Source: Devosiaceae bacterium MH13 (GTDB lineage: Bacteria; Pseudomonadota; Alphaproteobacteria; Rhizobiales; MH13). From it: 61,281 nucleotides of DNA. This document shows, piece after piece, positions 29,678-40,029 of this stretch (positions are counted from its first letter, which is position 1; each line of letters begins with the position of its first letter). A program made the translations under genes and the position numbers. Under the pieces are notes generated by a model. That model had not been told where the DNA came from and ran no database searches. It saw nothing but the letters and a program-made list of their open reading frames with translations. The stretch spans positions 1-61,281 of the forward strand of contig JAHCMG010000170.1 in assembly GCA_019192585.1 (NCBI GenBank). The letters run 5' to 3'.

Positions 29678-31090
29678 CTACCCCTCCCGAATGTCCACAA
29701 AGTGCCCGTGGATCGCCGCCGCGGCGGCCATCGCTGGCGAGACAAGGTGCGTGCGGCCCTTGAAGCCCTGGCGGCCTTCAAAGTTCCGGTTCGAGGTCGA
29801 GGCGCAGCGCTCTTCCGGTGACAGCTTGTCTGCGTTCATCGCCAGGCACATCGAGCAGCCCGGCTCGCGCCAATCAAAGCCCGCCTCGGTGAAGATGGTG
29901 TCGAGCCCTTCCTGCTCGGCCTGCTGCTTCACAAGGCCAGAGCCCGGCACGATCATCGCCGACAGCGTGTCCGCAACCTTCTTGCCTTTGACCACTTTGG
30001 CAACCTCACGCAGGTCTTCGATCCGGCCGTTGGTGCATGAGCCGATGAACACCCGGTCGAGGCGAATATCGGTGATCTTGGTGCCCGCTTCGAGGCCCAT
30101 ATAGGCCAGCGCGCGCTCCTTGGAGGCGCGGGTGTTCGGGTCTTCGATCTGCGCGGGGTCCGGCACGGCGCCGGTCACCGAGATCACATCTTCTGGGCTC
30201 GTGCCCCAGGTGACGATTGGCGGCAGGTTGCCAGCATCGAGCACGACTTCGCGGTCGAAATGCGCGCCCTCATCGGTCGGCAGGGTCTGCCAATAGGCTT
30301 TCGCCATCTCCCACGCCGCACCCTTGGGCGCGCGCGGGCGGCCCATGATGTACTCGTAGGTCTTCTCGTCGGGCGCGATCAGGCCAGCGCGGGCGCCGCC
30401 TTCAATCGACATGTTGCAGACGGTCATCCGCCCTTCCATCGAAAGCGCGCGAATGGCTTCACCAGCATATTCGATCACCGAGCCGGTACCGCCAGCGGTG
30501 CCGATCTCGCCGATGATGGCGAGGATGATGTCCTTCGCCGTCACGCCAGCGGGCAGCGCACCGTTGACGGTGACGCGCATGTTCTTGGCCTTCTTCTGGA
30601 TCAGTGTCTGCGTGGCGAGCACATGCTCCACCTCCGACGTGCCGATGCCATGGGCCAGCGCGCCAAACGCGCCATGCGTTGAGGTGTGACTGTCGCCGCA
30701 CACGATCGTCATGCCCGGCAAGGTGAAGCCCTGCTCCGGCCCGACGATGTGGACGATGCCTTGGCGGATATCGACCTCGGAATAGTATTCCACGCCAAAC
30801 TCGGCAGCGTTCTTGGCCAATGTGTCGACCTGCAAAGCGCTTTCGGGATCATCGATCCCCTTGGAGCGATCAGACGTCGGCACATTGTGGTCGACCACAG
30901 CCAGCGTCCGCTCGGGCGCCCGGACCGTGCGGCCCGTCATCCGCAGACCCTCAAACGCTTGCGGGCTCGTGACCTCGTGGACAAGATGGCGATCAATATA
31001 CAGAAGCGACGTGCCGTCTTCCTGGGTGTGGACCAGATGGTCGTCCCAAATTTTGTCGTACATCGTGCGCGGCGCGGCGGAACCGGTCAT
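29678..31090 (-). CDS. leuC: 3-isopropylmalate dehydratase large subunit
   Basis: [49 protein letters not shown]. Confidence 0.99.
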   Translation of the reverse strand: MTGSAAPRTMYDKIWDDHLVHTQEDGTSLLYIDRHLVHEVTSPQAFEGLRMTGRTVRAPERTLAVVDHNVPTSDRSKGIDDPESALQVDTLAKNAAEFGVEYYSEVDIRQGIVHIVGPEQGFTLPGMTIVCGDSHTSTHGAFGALAHGIGTSEVEHVLATQTLIQKKAKNMRVTVNGALPAGVTAKDIILAIIGEIGTAGGTGSVIEYAGEAIRALSMEGRMTVCNMSIEGGARAGLIAPDEKTYEYIMGRPRAPKGAAWEMAKAYWQTLPTDEGAHFDREVVLDAGNLPPIVTWGTSPEDVISVTGAVPDPAQIEDPNTRASKERALAYMGLEAGTKITDIRLDRVFIGSCTNGRIEDLREVAKVVKGKKVADTLSAMIVPGSGLVKQQAEQEGLDTIFTEAGFDWREPGCSMCLAMNADKLSPEERCASTSNRNFEGRQGFKGRTHLVSPAMAAAAAIHGHFVDIREG

Positions 31091-31350
31091 CGGGCAATCC
31101 TATCTGCAAAGCGTTGGAAGCGCTCGGAATACCGGCATTTTTGCAGCCTTGCAACGGGCAAGGCCGGCAGGTGTGATATCCGTCACAGACCCACCACGCT
31201 GGGCCCCTAAACCCATGGGGCTCGACCGTCGCCGCCGGTGGACAATCGGTGTCGGCGAAGCGTACGCTGTGCCGCATAGACCTGGTTGCCCGCCTTGAAC
31301 GGCTCGCCTGAAGCGAAACCATCGTCTGGCACTGTTTTTAGGGGGACATC

Positions 31351-33531
31351 ATGCCGAAATTCTTCATCACGCCCGCAGGCAAGCGCCTTGTCACGAGCAC
31401 CGCGCTGGCCGCGCTTGCGTTGGGCATGGCCTCGACGGGCGTCGCGCAAGACGCTGGCCTGACACCAACCTTCGGGTCGGAGGATTTGGGTGCAGGGTTC
31501 GGCTCGCTCAGCATCACCATTCAGGCCGGGGGCGATATCGACGCCACCAATTTCGGCGCGCAATGCAATGGCTTCATCGCCGAAGCGCCCGACTTCACCT
31601 TGACCTATCCAGGCGGCGCGGACCTGGCGATCGGCGCGTCATCGAACGAAGACACAACCATCGTGGTCCAGGCCCCCGATGGCCAGCTGTACTGCAACGA
31701 TGATTTCGACGGCTTCGACCCGCAAGTCACCATTTCAGGCCAGGTAAGCGGCGCGTTTGCGGTTTGGGTCGGCACGTTCGAACCGATCCAAAACAACACC
31801 GATCCCGACGCCGATATCTATATTGGCGAGGCAAGCGGCACCATTCCGGTAGACCCCAATGGCACGCCCCCGCCGGTCGATGCGGGCGGCTTTAGCGTTG
31901 CCGGCACCCCCACCTTCGGCACCATCGATCTGCCCGCCGGTCTGGCGGAACCCCAGGTGCTCGAACTGCAAGCGGGCGGGCCCGTCGATGCGTTTGCGGT
32001 CAACAGCAACTGCGCCGGCTTCGTGGCCGAAGTGCCGGACTATGTGCTCAACCATAGCGGCGGTACCTTGCGCTTCGACGTTGCCTCCGACGCGGACACC
32101 ACCTTGGTGATCGTTGGCCCCGATGGTGTCACCTCGTGCAACGATGATGATGTCGACCTCAACCCGGGGCTGACCATCGGCAACGCCCCCGCCGGTGCCT
32201 ATGCCGTGTTCGTTGGCACCTTCGCCGCCATCGAGAACGACTTTTATCCCAATGCCACGCTGACGGTCTCGTCAGACGGTGGCGCCGCGCCGATCAACCC
32301 CTTTGCCGTCCCGCCGCGCGCCCAGCTGGAGCCGGCCTTCGGTTCGGTGAACCTGGCGGCGGGCTTCGGCAGCCATTCGATCGAGATACAGGCCGGTGGC
32401 GAGACCGACGCGTTCGAACTCGATGGGAGCTGCAACGGCTTCATCGCCGAAGCGCCGGACTATGTCGTCAACCTGACAAGTGACGCCGATCTGCGGATCA
32501 CCGCGCGTTCGGACGAAGACACGACCATGACGGTGATCACGCCGGATGGCGCCATCCTGTGCAACGACGATTTCACCGATCTTAACCCAGGGCTGATGAT
32601 CCCCGGCGCCCGTTCGGGCCCTTACGCGATCTGGGTCGGCACGTTTGCCGCCGATGGCGGGTTTCCAGCCACCACGCTGACCATCGAGGAAGCCGCCGCG
32701 AAGGCCCAGCCGCCAGGCGCCATCACCCGAACCGCGCTAACCGCGGGCTTTGAGCCCGATCCGTTCACCACGGTCTTGGCAGCTGGCGGAACAGTGGAGG
32801 CCTCGACCTTCGACCTTAGCTGCGTCGGATCAGTGGCGAACGCGCCGGACTTCACCCTCGACTACACCAATGGCGACTTCCCTCTCCGCTTCTACGTCAC
32901 CGCCGACGCCGACACGACCATCGTCGTGCGGGCGCCCGATGGCTCGGTCCTGTGCAATGATGACTTTGACGGCCTCAACCCATCCGTGGCCCTCGCGGCC
33001 CCGGCTTCGGGCAGCTACGAGGTCTATATCGGCACTTTCTCTGCTGACGGCAGCACGCCAAACGCGACGCTCGCCATCACCGAGATTGTCGACACCAAGG
33101 AGCTGCCCCCCGGCGCAACGACGCGGGTGGATGTTGCCTCCGGCCTGGCACGGCAAGATTTCGAACTTCTCGCAGGCGGGTCCTTCGACGCCTACACGGT
33201 GCTTGAAGAAAGCTGCGGAGGCTATGTCGCCGTCCAGCCAGACTTCATCACCAATGTCACCCAGGGTGGTCTCGATATCGAGATGACCGTGCGCTCAGCC
33301 GAAGACACCACGCTCGCCATCCGCACCCCTTCGGGCACCTATGTTTGCGACGATGACTCGGGCGGGGATTTCAATCCGCTGGTCACGCTCAACGGGGCCG
33401 AGGCGGGCGAGTACCAGGTCTGGCTCGGCACCTTCAGCTATGTGGGCAATGCGCCTGCCACCTTGTCGGTGCGCGACATCAACGCGCCGTCCACCACGCC
33501 GCCAAACGTCCCGGGAGCTGGTAAGAAATAA
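31351..33531 (+). CDS. Secreted acidic protein of five tandem approx. 125-aa PPC-like repeats
   Basis: Signal peptide; five copies of AGG...CxG...PD...DTT...P(D/S)G...C(N/D)DD...(N/D)P...GTF. Confidence 0.8.
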   Translation: MPKFFITPAGKRLVTSTALAALALGMASTGVAQDAGLTPTFGSEDLGAGFGSLSITIQAGGDIDATNFGAQCNGFIAEAPDFTLTYPGGADLAIGASSNEDTTIVVQAPDGQLYCNDDFDGFDPQVTISGQVSGAFAVWVGTFEPIQNNTDPDADIYIGEASGTIPVDPNGTPPPVDAGGFSVAGTPTFGTIDLPAGLAEPQVLELQAGGPVDAFAVNSNCAGFVAEVPDYVLNHSGGTLRFDVASDADTTLVIVGPDGVTSCNDDDVDLNPGLTIGNAPAGAYAVFVGTFAAIENDFYPNATLTVSSDGGAAPINPFAVPPRAQLEPAFGSVNLAAGFGSHSIEIQAGGETDAFELDGSCNGFIAEAPDYVVNLTSDADLRITARSDEDTTMTVITPDGAILCNDDFTDLNPGLMIPGARSGPYAIWVGTFAADGGFPATTLTIEEAAAKAQPPGAITRTALTAGFEPDPFTTVLAAGGTVEASTFDLSCVGSVANAPDFTLDYTNGDFPLRFYVTADADTTIVVRAPDGSVLCNDDFDGLNPSVALAAPASGSYEVYIGTFSADGSTPNATLAITEIVDTKELPPGATTRVDVASGLARQDFELLAGGSFDAYTVLEESCGGYVAVQPDFITNVTQGGLDIEMTVRSAEDTTLAIRTPSGTYVCDDDSGGDFNPLVTLNGAEAGEYQVWLGTFSYVGNAPATLSVRDINAPSTTPPNVPGAGKK

Positions 33532-33598
33532 GAGCAACAAGCCGGCCACGATCGGACACAAAGGATCCGCACCACGCTTGAGACACAAGGAGTCTCTC

Positions 33599-33925
33599 AT
33601 GACGACACTCGCCCCGCGCCGCGCGCAAAGCCCCACCCGGCGCAAGCGGCACACAGCCTCGGCCGCGGTTCTCGCCGCGACCGTTGCCCTCGCGATTTCT
33701 GGGTGCCAATCCGTCAGCCAGGTCGACCAGGCAACACTGCTCGGCGGCGCTGTGGGCGCAGGCCTTGGCGCGGTCACTGCAGCCGCTTTGGGCGCCAGCG
33801 CTGGCTGGGTTGTGGTTGCCGGGGCGGCGGGCGCAACGGCGGGCGCCCTGTTCGCCCGCAATGCCGCGTTGAGCCAATGCGCCATTTCCAACGGCGACGG
33901 CACCTACCGCATCGTTCGCTGCTAA
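33599..33925 (+). CDS. Glycine-zipper lipoprotein
   Basis: AAGGAG RBS, lipobox ISGC, GGAVGAGLGA...GAAGATAGA zipper, terminal Cys pair. Confidence 0.8.
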   Translation: MTTLAPRRAQSPTRRKRHTASAAVLAATVALAISGCQSVSQVDQATLLGGAVGAGLGAVTAAALGASAGWVVVAGAAGATAGALFARNAALSQCAISNGDGTYRIVRC

Positions 33926-33991
33926 GTCCAACCACACATGCGCCACGGCCCCGCACAGGCGGGGCCACCGGCGCGTAAAGACCTTCCGACA

Positions 33992-34582
33992 ATGTCTGAT
34001 CAAAGCCGCTTCCGTCCTGTTAGCGAGACCCTTCTGGCCGAAAGTTGGGGCCACCTGACGCGCTACACGTTCGACTATCAGCACGCCGACGGGCGCTGGG
34101 AGCGGCAGGTCCGCGAAGCTTATGATCGCGGCGATGGCGCCGCCTGCCTGCTCCACGACCCAGACGCGGATACCGTTCTGCTGACCCGCCAGTTCCGCCT
34201 GCCAGCACAGGTGCGTGGCGACAGACCGTTTCTCATCGAGGTGCCCGCCGGCAAGCTTGATGGAGCCGATGCCGTCAGCCGCATGCGCGCGGAACTTCTC
34301 GAAGAGACGGGCTATGCGGCAACAGCGCTGCACCTGGTCTCAACGCCGTTCTCCTCGCCCGGTTCCGTCACCGAACGGCTCGCGCTGTTTGTCGGCACCT
34401 ATTCGCGAACCGAGAAGGTAGCAGAAGGTGGTGGCCATAAGGATGAGGGCGAGGACATCGAAGTGCTGCACGTACCCTTCGATGAAGCGCTCGCGATGAT
34501 CGCCAATGGCGAGATCATCGACGCTAAAACGATCCTGCTGCTTCAGCACCTCGCGCTCGAGCGCCTGCGGGCGCACACATAA
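33992..34582 (+). CDS. Nudix hydrolase, NudK (GDP-mannose pyrophosphatase)-like
   Basis: REAYDRGDGA, RQFR, IEVPAG...ELLEETG, SPG, GGG..EGEDIEV, DAKT. Confidence 0.88.
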   Translation: MSDQSRFRPVSETLLAESWGHLTRYTFDYQHADGRWERQVREAYDRGDGAACLLHDPDADTVLLTRQFRLPAQVRGDRPFLIEVPAGKLDGADAVSRMRAELLEETGYAATALHLVSTPFSSPGSVTERLALFVGTYSRTEKVAEGGGHKDEGEDIEVLHVPFDEALAMIANGEIIDAKTILLLQHLALERLRAHT

Positions 34583-34610
34583 AAAAGGGCGGCCCCATGG
34601 ACCGCCCTTT
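34581..34610. terminator. Intrinsic terminator for rplS (possibly bidirectional)
   Basis: AAAAAAGGGCGGCC-CCAT-GGACCGCCCTTT; U-tract on the minus strand. Confidence 0.8.
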
Positions 34611-34633
34611 GAACGTTCAGCTTGGCGCTCGGC

Positions 34634-35167
34634 CTAGCTTTCGCTGGCCTCACCAGCCTCTGCGGCTTCCGCTTCGGCAGCGGCTGCAGCTGCTTCGGCT
34701 TCCTTAGCAGCGGCTTCGGCCCGCTTGGCTTCGTCTTTTGCAGCCTGAGCGGCAGCTTTTTCAGCGGCGATCTCAGCGCGGACCTCATCATTGAGGGTCC
34801 GGGCACGCGCGTTGGTGGCCTCGGCGATACGTGCCGATTTCCCGCGACGGTCGCGCAGATAGTACAGTTTCGCGCGGCGCACTTTACCGCGGCGGATCAC
34901 TTCGATGCTCTCAAGCAGCGGCGAGTACAGCGGGAACACACGCTCCACACCTTCGCCATACGAGATCTTGCGCACCGTGAAGCTCTCATTGAGGCCACCA
35001 CCAGACCGCGCGATGCACACGCCTTCATAGGCCTGCACACGGGTACGGGTGCCTTCGGTCACGCGGACGTTCACTTTAAGCGTGTCGCCGGTCGAAAATT
35101 TCGGGATCGGGCGCTTCGCCTCCAATTCGGCGGCGTGTTCTTTTTCCAGTTCAGCGATGAGGTTCAT
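34634..35167 (-). CDS. rplS: 50S ribosomal protein L19
   Basis: [29 protein letters not shown]. Confidence 0.99.
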   Translation of the reverse strand: MNLIAELEKEHAAELEAKRPIPKFSTGDTLKVNVRVTEGTRTRVQAYEGVCIARSGGGLNESFTVRKISYGEGVERVFPLYSPLLESIEVIRRGKVRRAKLYYLRDRRGKSARIAEATNARARTLNDEVRAEIAAEKAAAQAAKDEAKRAEAAAKEAEAAAAAAEAEAAEAGEASES

Positions 35168-35389
35168 CGGCTGATCTCCATGTCACAATCCAGAGGCATC
35201 ACAAGGGCCGGCGCCGGAGGGCGCTCGGAGGCCACGGGATGCATGCGTGTTCGCGGTGGGCTCGTCGGTGATGGCGGGATCCGCCTACTGGCCATTGGCT
35301 GGCCAATGCACGAGCCGTTTCATATCGGGTTGGCAGCAACGCCAAACGCGAGGTGTCGCATACACGAGCTATTGGGACTTGTCGAGTGG

Positions 35390-37165
35390 CTAACGAGCCA
35401 AGCCGGAAGGGGCGACGATCAAGTCCACCGCCCCATGGCGCTCAAGCGCCAGCCATATGTTCACGCCGTACAAAGCGACGATGATCGCGCCCGCCAGATA
35501 GGCCTCCATCGTGCGGTCTCTGGGCGGTTCCACGACGCCTTCGCCCATCAAGGCACCGACTTTGCGAACGCGGCGATCATCACGTTCGTTCGTTGCCTGC
35601 ACACAAAGATACGCGAGCGTGGACGGAATGAAGATAGCCAGCAGGTCGCCGACATAACTGTCGGCGCGGAAGACCAGCAGAACCAACCCGACAAATGCAG
35701 CCAGGGTCCACAAAACCAACGCTTCGCCAAACGCGATAGACGGCAGAAGCTGGACGCGCAGACCAGGTAAATCGATGTCGAGGCGGTCTGCCTGTCCGTC
35801 GCGCTGGCGCTGGTTCCATTCCTTGCATGCACTCTCCAAGGTCTGCGCACAACGTTTGGCGGATGCCGCGCCACGCGCCATCACCACTTCAAACAGTGCG
35901 CGCTTTATGGCGATGTCGTTGCCCGCCTTACGGCAGAGCTCAACCAAGCGCACTTCGAGCTGCTGCCGGTTTTGGGCAATGCGGCTGAGCATAAAGGCCG
36001 CCAGAATGCCAACGATGCCCAACGGGACGCTGACCAAGTCCACCAGGTTGGCTTGAGGGAGCAACCGGTCCAGTTGAACCGGCTCGGTGACAAACACGAA
36101 CAGTGCGCAGGCTGATAAGGTCAGGAACGTCGCCAGGAACCCGTACGTCTGATCGACGCGCACGCGCAGCAAAAGGTTGGCGCTGACAACAACGATGAGC
36201 GCGAGGATCGCGGCTTCGCTGACTTCGGCGCGGTTGAACGCATAGAGCAGAAAAACCGAAACGATGGGGCTTAGGTAAAACAGCACCGTGTAGTCAGCCC
36301 GCCGGCTCCAAAGCAGCGCCGCCCGAAAGCTCACCGAGCCGATACTGATGATCAGGACGCCGGTGCCGACCGCAAGCGCGATCTGATCGGCCGTTAGCCG
36401 GGTATCGGGGCTGTTCGCAATCAAGAACGGTAGGGCCACCGCAAACACAAGAACGCTAAACGCCTTGATGAAAACGGAGACCGCGAGCGTTGGAAAGAAG
36501 CTCTTGGTATCGGACGCCATTTCCGGCGAACCGGTGCCTGTTGTCCCCGCACCAAAGGCCGCTTCCGCTAACGCATCAATTCGAACGGCCAATGCCGAGC
36601 TGACGGACATCGCGCCCATAGCGACAACAGCGAGGCTGAGACCGATCCAGGTGTCGGTGGTCGGGTCTTCAAACGCTGACCAAGCGCCAAACTCGCTGGC
36701 GACCATGACGGCCAAACCCAAGAACGCCATGACCGCGAGAAGAACCTGGCGACCGGACAAGGGGACCATCGTGCCGCTAAGCAGCACAGCGACGATGACC
36801 ATACCCACGACCGGCCAGGCTTCGTAAATCACCGTCGCCAGGTCCGGGAAGATGAAGGTGAAAGACGCAAACAGCGCCGCGTGAGCCCCGAAATTGATGA
36901 CCCCATCGAGCGCGGAGAGCTTCAGAACACGTGGGACGCGGGCCAGCTGGACAAGCGCTTCCCACCCACCCTTGGTGTTTGGGTTCGCTTGGTAGAGCCA
37001 CACTGCAACCAGGTAAGCGGCAAGGGACGCGATGTGGGCAATGCCAATGAACATCAAAGGATGGCCTGCATCGCCGCCCAGATCGCCCATCAGCGGGAAG
37101 AAGCTGTAGACCGTCACTGAGACGAGCATCAGCGCCAGCGGATGTTGCACCAAAAAGTGCGCCAT
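35390..37165 (-). CDS. EamA/DMT-like membrane protein with long C-terminal extension
   Basis: About 10 TM DMT-like N-part (ATVIYEAWP, LFYLSPIVS) plus about 5 more hydrophobic segments; start set at ATG 37165 just after the trmD stop. Confidence 0.7.
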   Translation of the reverse strand: MAHFLVQHPLALMLVSVTVYSFFPLMGDLGGDAGHPLMFIGIAHIASLAAYLVAVWLYQANPNTKGGWEALVQLARVPRVLKLSALDGVINFGAHAALFASFTFIFPDLATVIYEAWPVVGMVIVAVLLSGTMVPLSGRQVLLAVMAFLGLAVMVASEFGAWSAFEDPTTDTWIGLSLAVVAMGAMSVSSALAVRIDALAEAAFGAGTTGTGSPEMASDTKSFFPTLAVSVFIKAFSVLVFAVALPFLIANSPDTRLTADQIALAVGTGVLIISIGSVSFRAALLWSRRADYTVLFYLSPIVSVFLLYAFNRAEVSEAAILALIVVVSANLLLRVRVDQTYGFLATFLTLSACALFVFVTEPVQLDRLLPQANLVDLVSVPLGIVGILAAFMLSRIAQNRQQLEVRLVELCRKAGNDIAIKRALFEVVMARGAASAKRCAQTLESACKEWNQRQRDGQADRLDIDLPGLRVQLLPSIAFGEALVLWTLAAFVGLVLLVFRADSYVGDLLAIFIPSTLAYLCVQATNERDDRRVRKVGALMGEGVVEPPRDRTMEAYLAGAIIVALYGVNIWLALERHGAVDLIVAPSGLAR

Positions 37166-37169
37166 CGCT

Positions 37170-37859
37170 CTAAGCATCGCGCTTGGCCCAAATATCCGGG
37201 CGCCGGGCCCGGGTAAGGGCTTCCGCCTGAGCGCGGCGCCAAGCCTCGATCCTCTTATGGTCCCCAGAACGTAAAATTTCGGGGATCTGGCGGCCCTCCC
37301 ACTCAACCGGGCGGGTGAAGTGCGGGTGCTCTAAGAGGCCGGTTTCAAAGCTCTCCTGGGTGCCCGATGCATCGTTGCCCATGACGCCCGGCAGAAGCCG
37401 CACCACGGCATCGAGCAGCACTTGGGCGGCAACCTCGCCGCCAGAGAGCACATAGTCTCCGATGGACACCTCGCGAAGGCCCCGCGCCTCGATCACCCGC
37501 TCATCGACGCCTTCGAACCGCCCGCACACAATCGCGGCCCCAGGGCCAGAAGCGAGGTCGCGCACCATGGTTTGGGTCAGCGGCGTGCCGCGCGGCGACA
37601 TCAAAAGCTTGGGCCAGGGGTCATCGGCGGCCAAATGGGTGTCGAGCGAGCGCGCCAGCACATCCGCCCGCAGCACCATGCCTGCGCCACCGCCCGCCGG
37701 TGTGTCATCCACCGAGCGATGCTTGTCGGTCGCCGCGTCGCGGATGTTGTGCACGTCAAGCGACCAGGCGCCATCGGCAAGCCCCTTGCCCGCAAGCGCC
37801 ATGCCCAACGTGCCGGGGAACATGTCAGGATAGAGCGTGAAGACAGACGCTTTAAACAT
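37170..37859 (-). CDS. trmD: tRNA (guanine-N1)-methyltransferase
   Basis: [34 protein letters not shown]; start at ATG 37859. Confidence 0.98.
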   Translation of the reverse strand: MFKASVFTLYPDMFPGTLGMALAGKGLADGAWSLDVHNIRDAATDKHRSVDDTPAGGGAGMVLRADVLARSLDTHLAADDPWPKLLMSPRGTPLTQTMVRDLASGPGAAIVCGRFEGVDERVIEARGLREVSIGDYVLSGGEVAAQVLLDAVVRLLPGVMGNDASGTQESFETGLLEHPHFTRPVEWEGRQIPEILRSGDHKRIEAWRRAQAEALTRARRPDIWAKRDA

Positions 37860-38418
37860 CGCCCGCCTCGTCCGGCTTGGCACCGGGAGGGTCGAGCAAC
37901 CCCTCGGGCGCATCGACGGTCACATAGCCATCTGCGAGCCGCACCTCGGGCACGATCGCCTTGGTGAAGGGCACCAGAACGGACGGCCCGCCGCGGTCTG
38001 GCTTCACATCGAGAAGATCATCGGCGCCATAATTGGCGACCTGCAGGATCGACCCGAAGCGGGCGCCATCGGTGAGGCGCACCTCAAGGCCGATCAGATC
38101 GGCGTGGTAGAAATCGTCTTCATCGTCGGGCACGGGCAGCGCCGAACGCGGTAGGCCGAGTTCCACCCCATTAAGGGCGGCCGCAGCATCGCGGCCATCG
38201 ACGCCCTCAAAGGTCGCAACCACCATGTCGGGGGTCTTGCCGGGACGCAAGCTTAGAACGCGCAGCGTCCCCTTGCCATCAGCGCGCCGAAGCGGGCCGT
38301 AGGCTGTAAGGCCGCTTGCGTCCTCGCCGAACAGCTTGACCCGCGCCGCGCCGCGCACCCCGTTGGGGGCGCCGACGCGGGCGAGCACAATGAACGGATC
38401 GGAGCCGGCCTCCGGCAT
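37852..38418 (-). CDS. rimM: Ribosome maturation factor RimM
   Basis: [28 protein letters not shown]; between rpsP and trmD. Confidence 0.96.
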   Translation of the reverse strand: MPEAGSDPFIVLARVGAPNGVRGAARVKLFGEDASGLTAYGPLRRADGKGTLRVLSLRPGKTPDMVVATFEGVDGRDAAAALNGVELGLPRSALPVPDDEDDFYHADLIGLEVRLTDGARFGSILQVANYGADDLLDVKPDRGGPSVLVPFTKAIVPEVRLADGYVTVDAPEGLLDPPGAKPDEAGDV

Positions 38419-38426
38419 AAAAGGCC

Positions 38427-38927
38427 TTACTCTGCCTTCTCTTCTTCAGCCGCAGCCTCTTCAGCAGAAGCCTCTTCGGCGGGGGCTTCCTCAGCCGGCG
38501 CTTCTTCGGCCGGAGCCTCTTCAGCTGGCGCTTCTTCTGCCGGTGCTTCAGCTTCGGCTGCCGCAGCTTCAGCTTCCGCCTCGGCCTTCATACGCTCTTT
38601 TTCAGCCCGCTCTTCAGCGCGCTCTTTGGCTTTCGCGCCGGGCTCGGCCTTGTTGGGGTTGTTGCGCGCCGGACGCTTGGCAAGGCCAGCTTCATCAAGG
38701 AAGCGAAGCACTCGGTCGGTCGGCTGGGCACCAACCGAAAGCCAGTGCTGCACACGCTCGGTGTTCAGCTGGACACGGTTGTCATTGTCTTTGGGCAGCA
38801 GCGGATTGTAGCTGCCAATCTTCTCAATGTAGCGGCCATCGCGCGGGGCGCGGGCATCGGCAGCAACGATGGAGTAGTAGGGGCGCTTTTTCGACCCGCC
38901 AAGGGCGAGACGCAGTTTGATAGCCAT
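38427..38927 (-). CDS. rpsP: 30S ribosomal protein S16 with acidic repeat tail
   Basis: [37 protein letters not shown]. Confidence 0.98.
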   Translation of the reverse strand: MAIKLRLALGGSKKRPYYSIVAADARAPRDGRYIEKIGSYNPLLPKDNDNRVQLNTERVQHWLSVGAQPTDRVLRFLDEAGLAKRPARNNPNKAEPGAKAKERAEERAEKERMKAEAEAEAAAAEAEAPAEEAPAEEAPAEEAPAEEAPAEEASAEEAAAEEEKAE

Positions 38928-38945
38928 AGGTCAGTTCCTCTTCGT

Positions 38946-39482
38946 TCAGCTATTCAGAAATTGGGACGGGGGCAGGTGCCGAAACACCCGCGCGGTAAAA
39001 TCGGTCACGGTTTGGGTGCTCTCATAGGTGGCACCAAGGCGCAGAGCGACGCGTTCAGATGGCCCATTGCCCTCGTCGATCAGGCTCATGGCGGTCTGCC
39101 AGCCAAGCACCTCGTAGGCGTAGCGCAGAGATTCGCGGGCCGCTTCGGTCGCGTAGCCCTTGCCGCGAAACGCCGGCAGAAAGCCCCAGCCAATCTCGGG
39201 CTCAGGCCAGCCCTGCGGGAAGTGCGGGCCGCAATAGCCGGCAAAGGCGCCGCTTGCCTTCTCTTCGACCACCATCATGCCGCAGCCGCGCAGGTACCAT
39301 TGGCCGATGCGCTGCGCGACGAGCCGCCAGACTTCGTGCTCGGTCAGCTGGCCGCCGACATAGCGGGTGTTCTCCGCGTCTGCGTAAAAGGCGGCGTAGG
39401 GCTGCGCATCCTCTTCGCGCCAGCCGCGCAGGATCAGCCGCTCGGTTTCCAGCGTCGGGATGGTGAAATCGTAGCGCGTCAT
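38946..39482 (-). CDS. GNAT acetyltransferase (RimJ/RimL-like)
   Basis: LETERLILR, PEPEIGW, GKGYATEAA, N..SERVA; start at ATG 39482. Confidence 0.88.
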   Translation of the reverse strand: MTRYDFTIPTLETERLILRGWREEDAQPYAAFYADAENTRYVGGQLTEHEVWRLVAQRIGQWYLRGCGMMVVEEKASGAFAGYCGPHFPQGWPEPEIGWGFLPAFRGKGYATEAARESLRYAYEVLGWQTAMSLIDEGNGPSERVALRLGATYESTQTVTDFTARVFRHLPPSQFLNS

Positions 39483-39492
39483 GACAGGGCCC

Positions 39493-40029
39493 TCATGAGC
39501 GGCGCTCCCACTGCGCGTCATCGGGCACCTTGTGCCGGTAGACCCAAGAGTGCCGCCCTTCAAACATCATGTCTTCGCAGCGCTCCGCGCCAAGCTTTTC
39601 GGCGACGCGCTGCGAGGCCTTGTTGTCGGGGTGCGTCATGGAAAAGGGCGCCGGCTGGCCTTCCATCTGCGTCCACCAAACAAGCGCGGCACTCGCCGCT
39701 TCGGGCGCATAGCCATGGCCACGGTGCTGCGGAAAGATGGACCAGCACAGTTCCGGCTCTTGCAGATTGTGCGGATGCCACAGACCGGCCCAGCCGATCA
39801 GCTCTTCTTCTTCCAGCTCTTCGACCGCAAACGTGCCATAGCCACGCAGAAGCCAGCTGCCCGCAAGGCCTTCGAACCATTTCCACGCTTCGCCACGGTC
39901 GACTCCACCGCCACGGAAGCGGTTCGCTTCATCGTCAGCCAGAAACGAGGCCACGGGCTCGAAATCTTCGAGCTCCCAGCCGCGCAGGCGCAAACGCGTG
40001 GTCTCCAGAACGATCCCGCCTTCACTCAT
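39493..40029 (-). CDS. GNAT acetyltransferase (RimJ/RimL-like)
   Basis: LETTRLRLR, EPELCW, GHGYAPEAA, NKASQRVAEKLG; paralog of its neighbour. Confidence 0.88.
   Translation of the reverse strand: MSEGGIVLETTRLRLRGWELEDFEPVASFLADDEANRFRGGGVDRGEAWKWFEGLAGSWLLRGYGTFAVEELEEEELIGWAGLWHPHNLQEPELCWSIFPQHRGHGYAPEAASAALVWWTQMEGQPAPFSMTHPDNKASQRVAEKLGAERCEDMMFEGRHSWVYRHKVPDDAQWERRS

Noticed and set aside
31091-31350. Leu-rich leader peptide upstream of leuC
   Set aside because: No short Leu-codon-rich ORF seen on the minus strand, only a promoter-like TTGCAA-N17-TATTCC
38946-40029. Tandem GNAT genes between ffh and rpsP as a novelty
   Set aside because: I recall similar GNAT insertions at this position in other alphaproteobacteria
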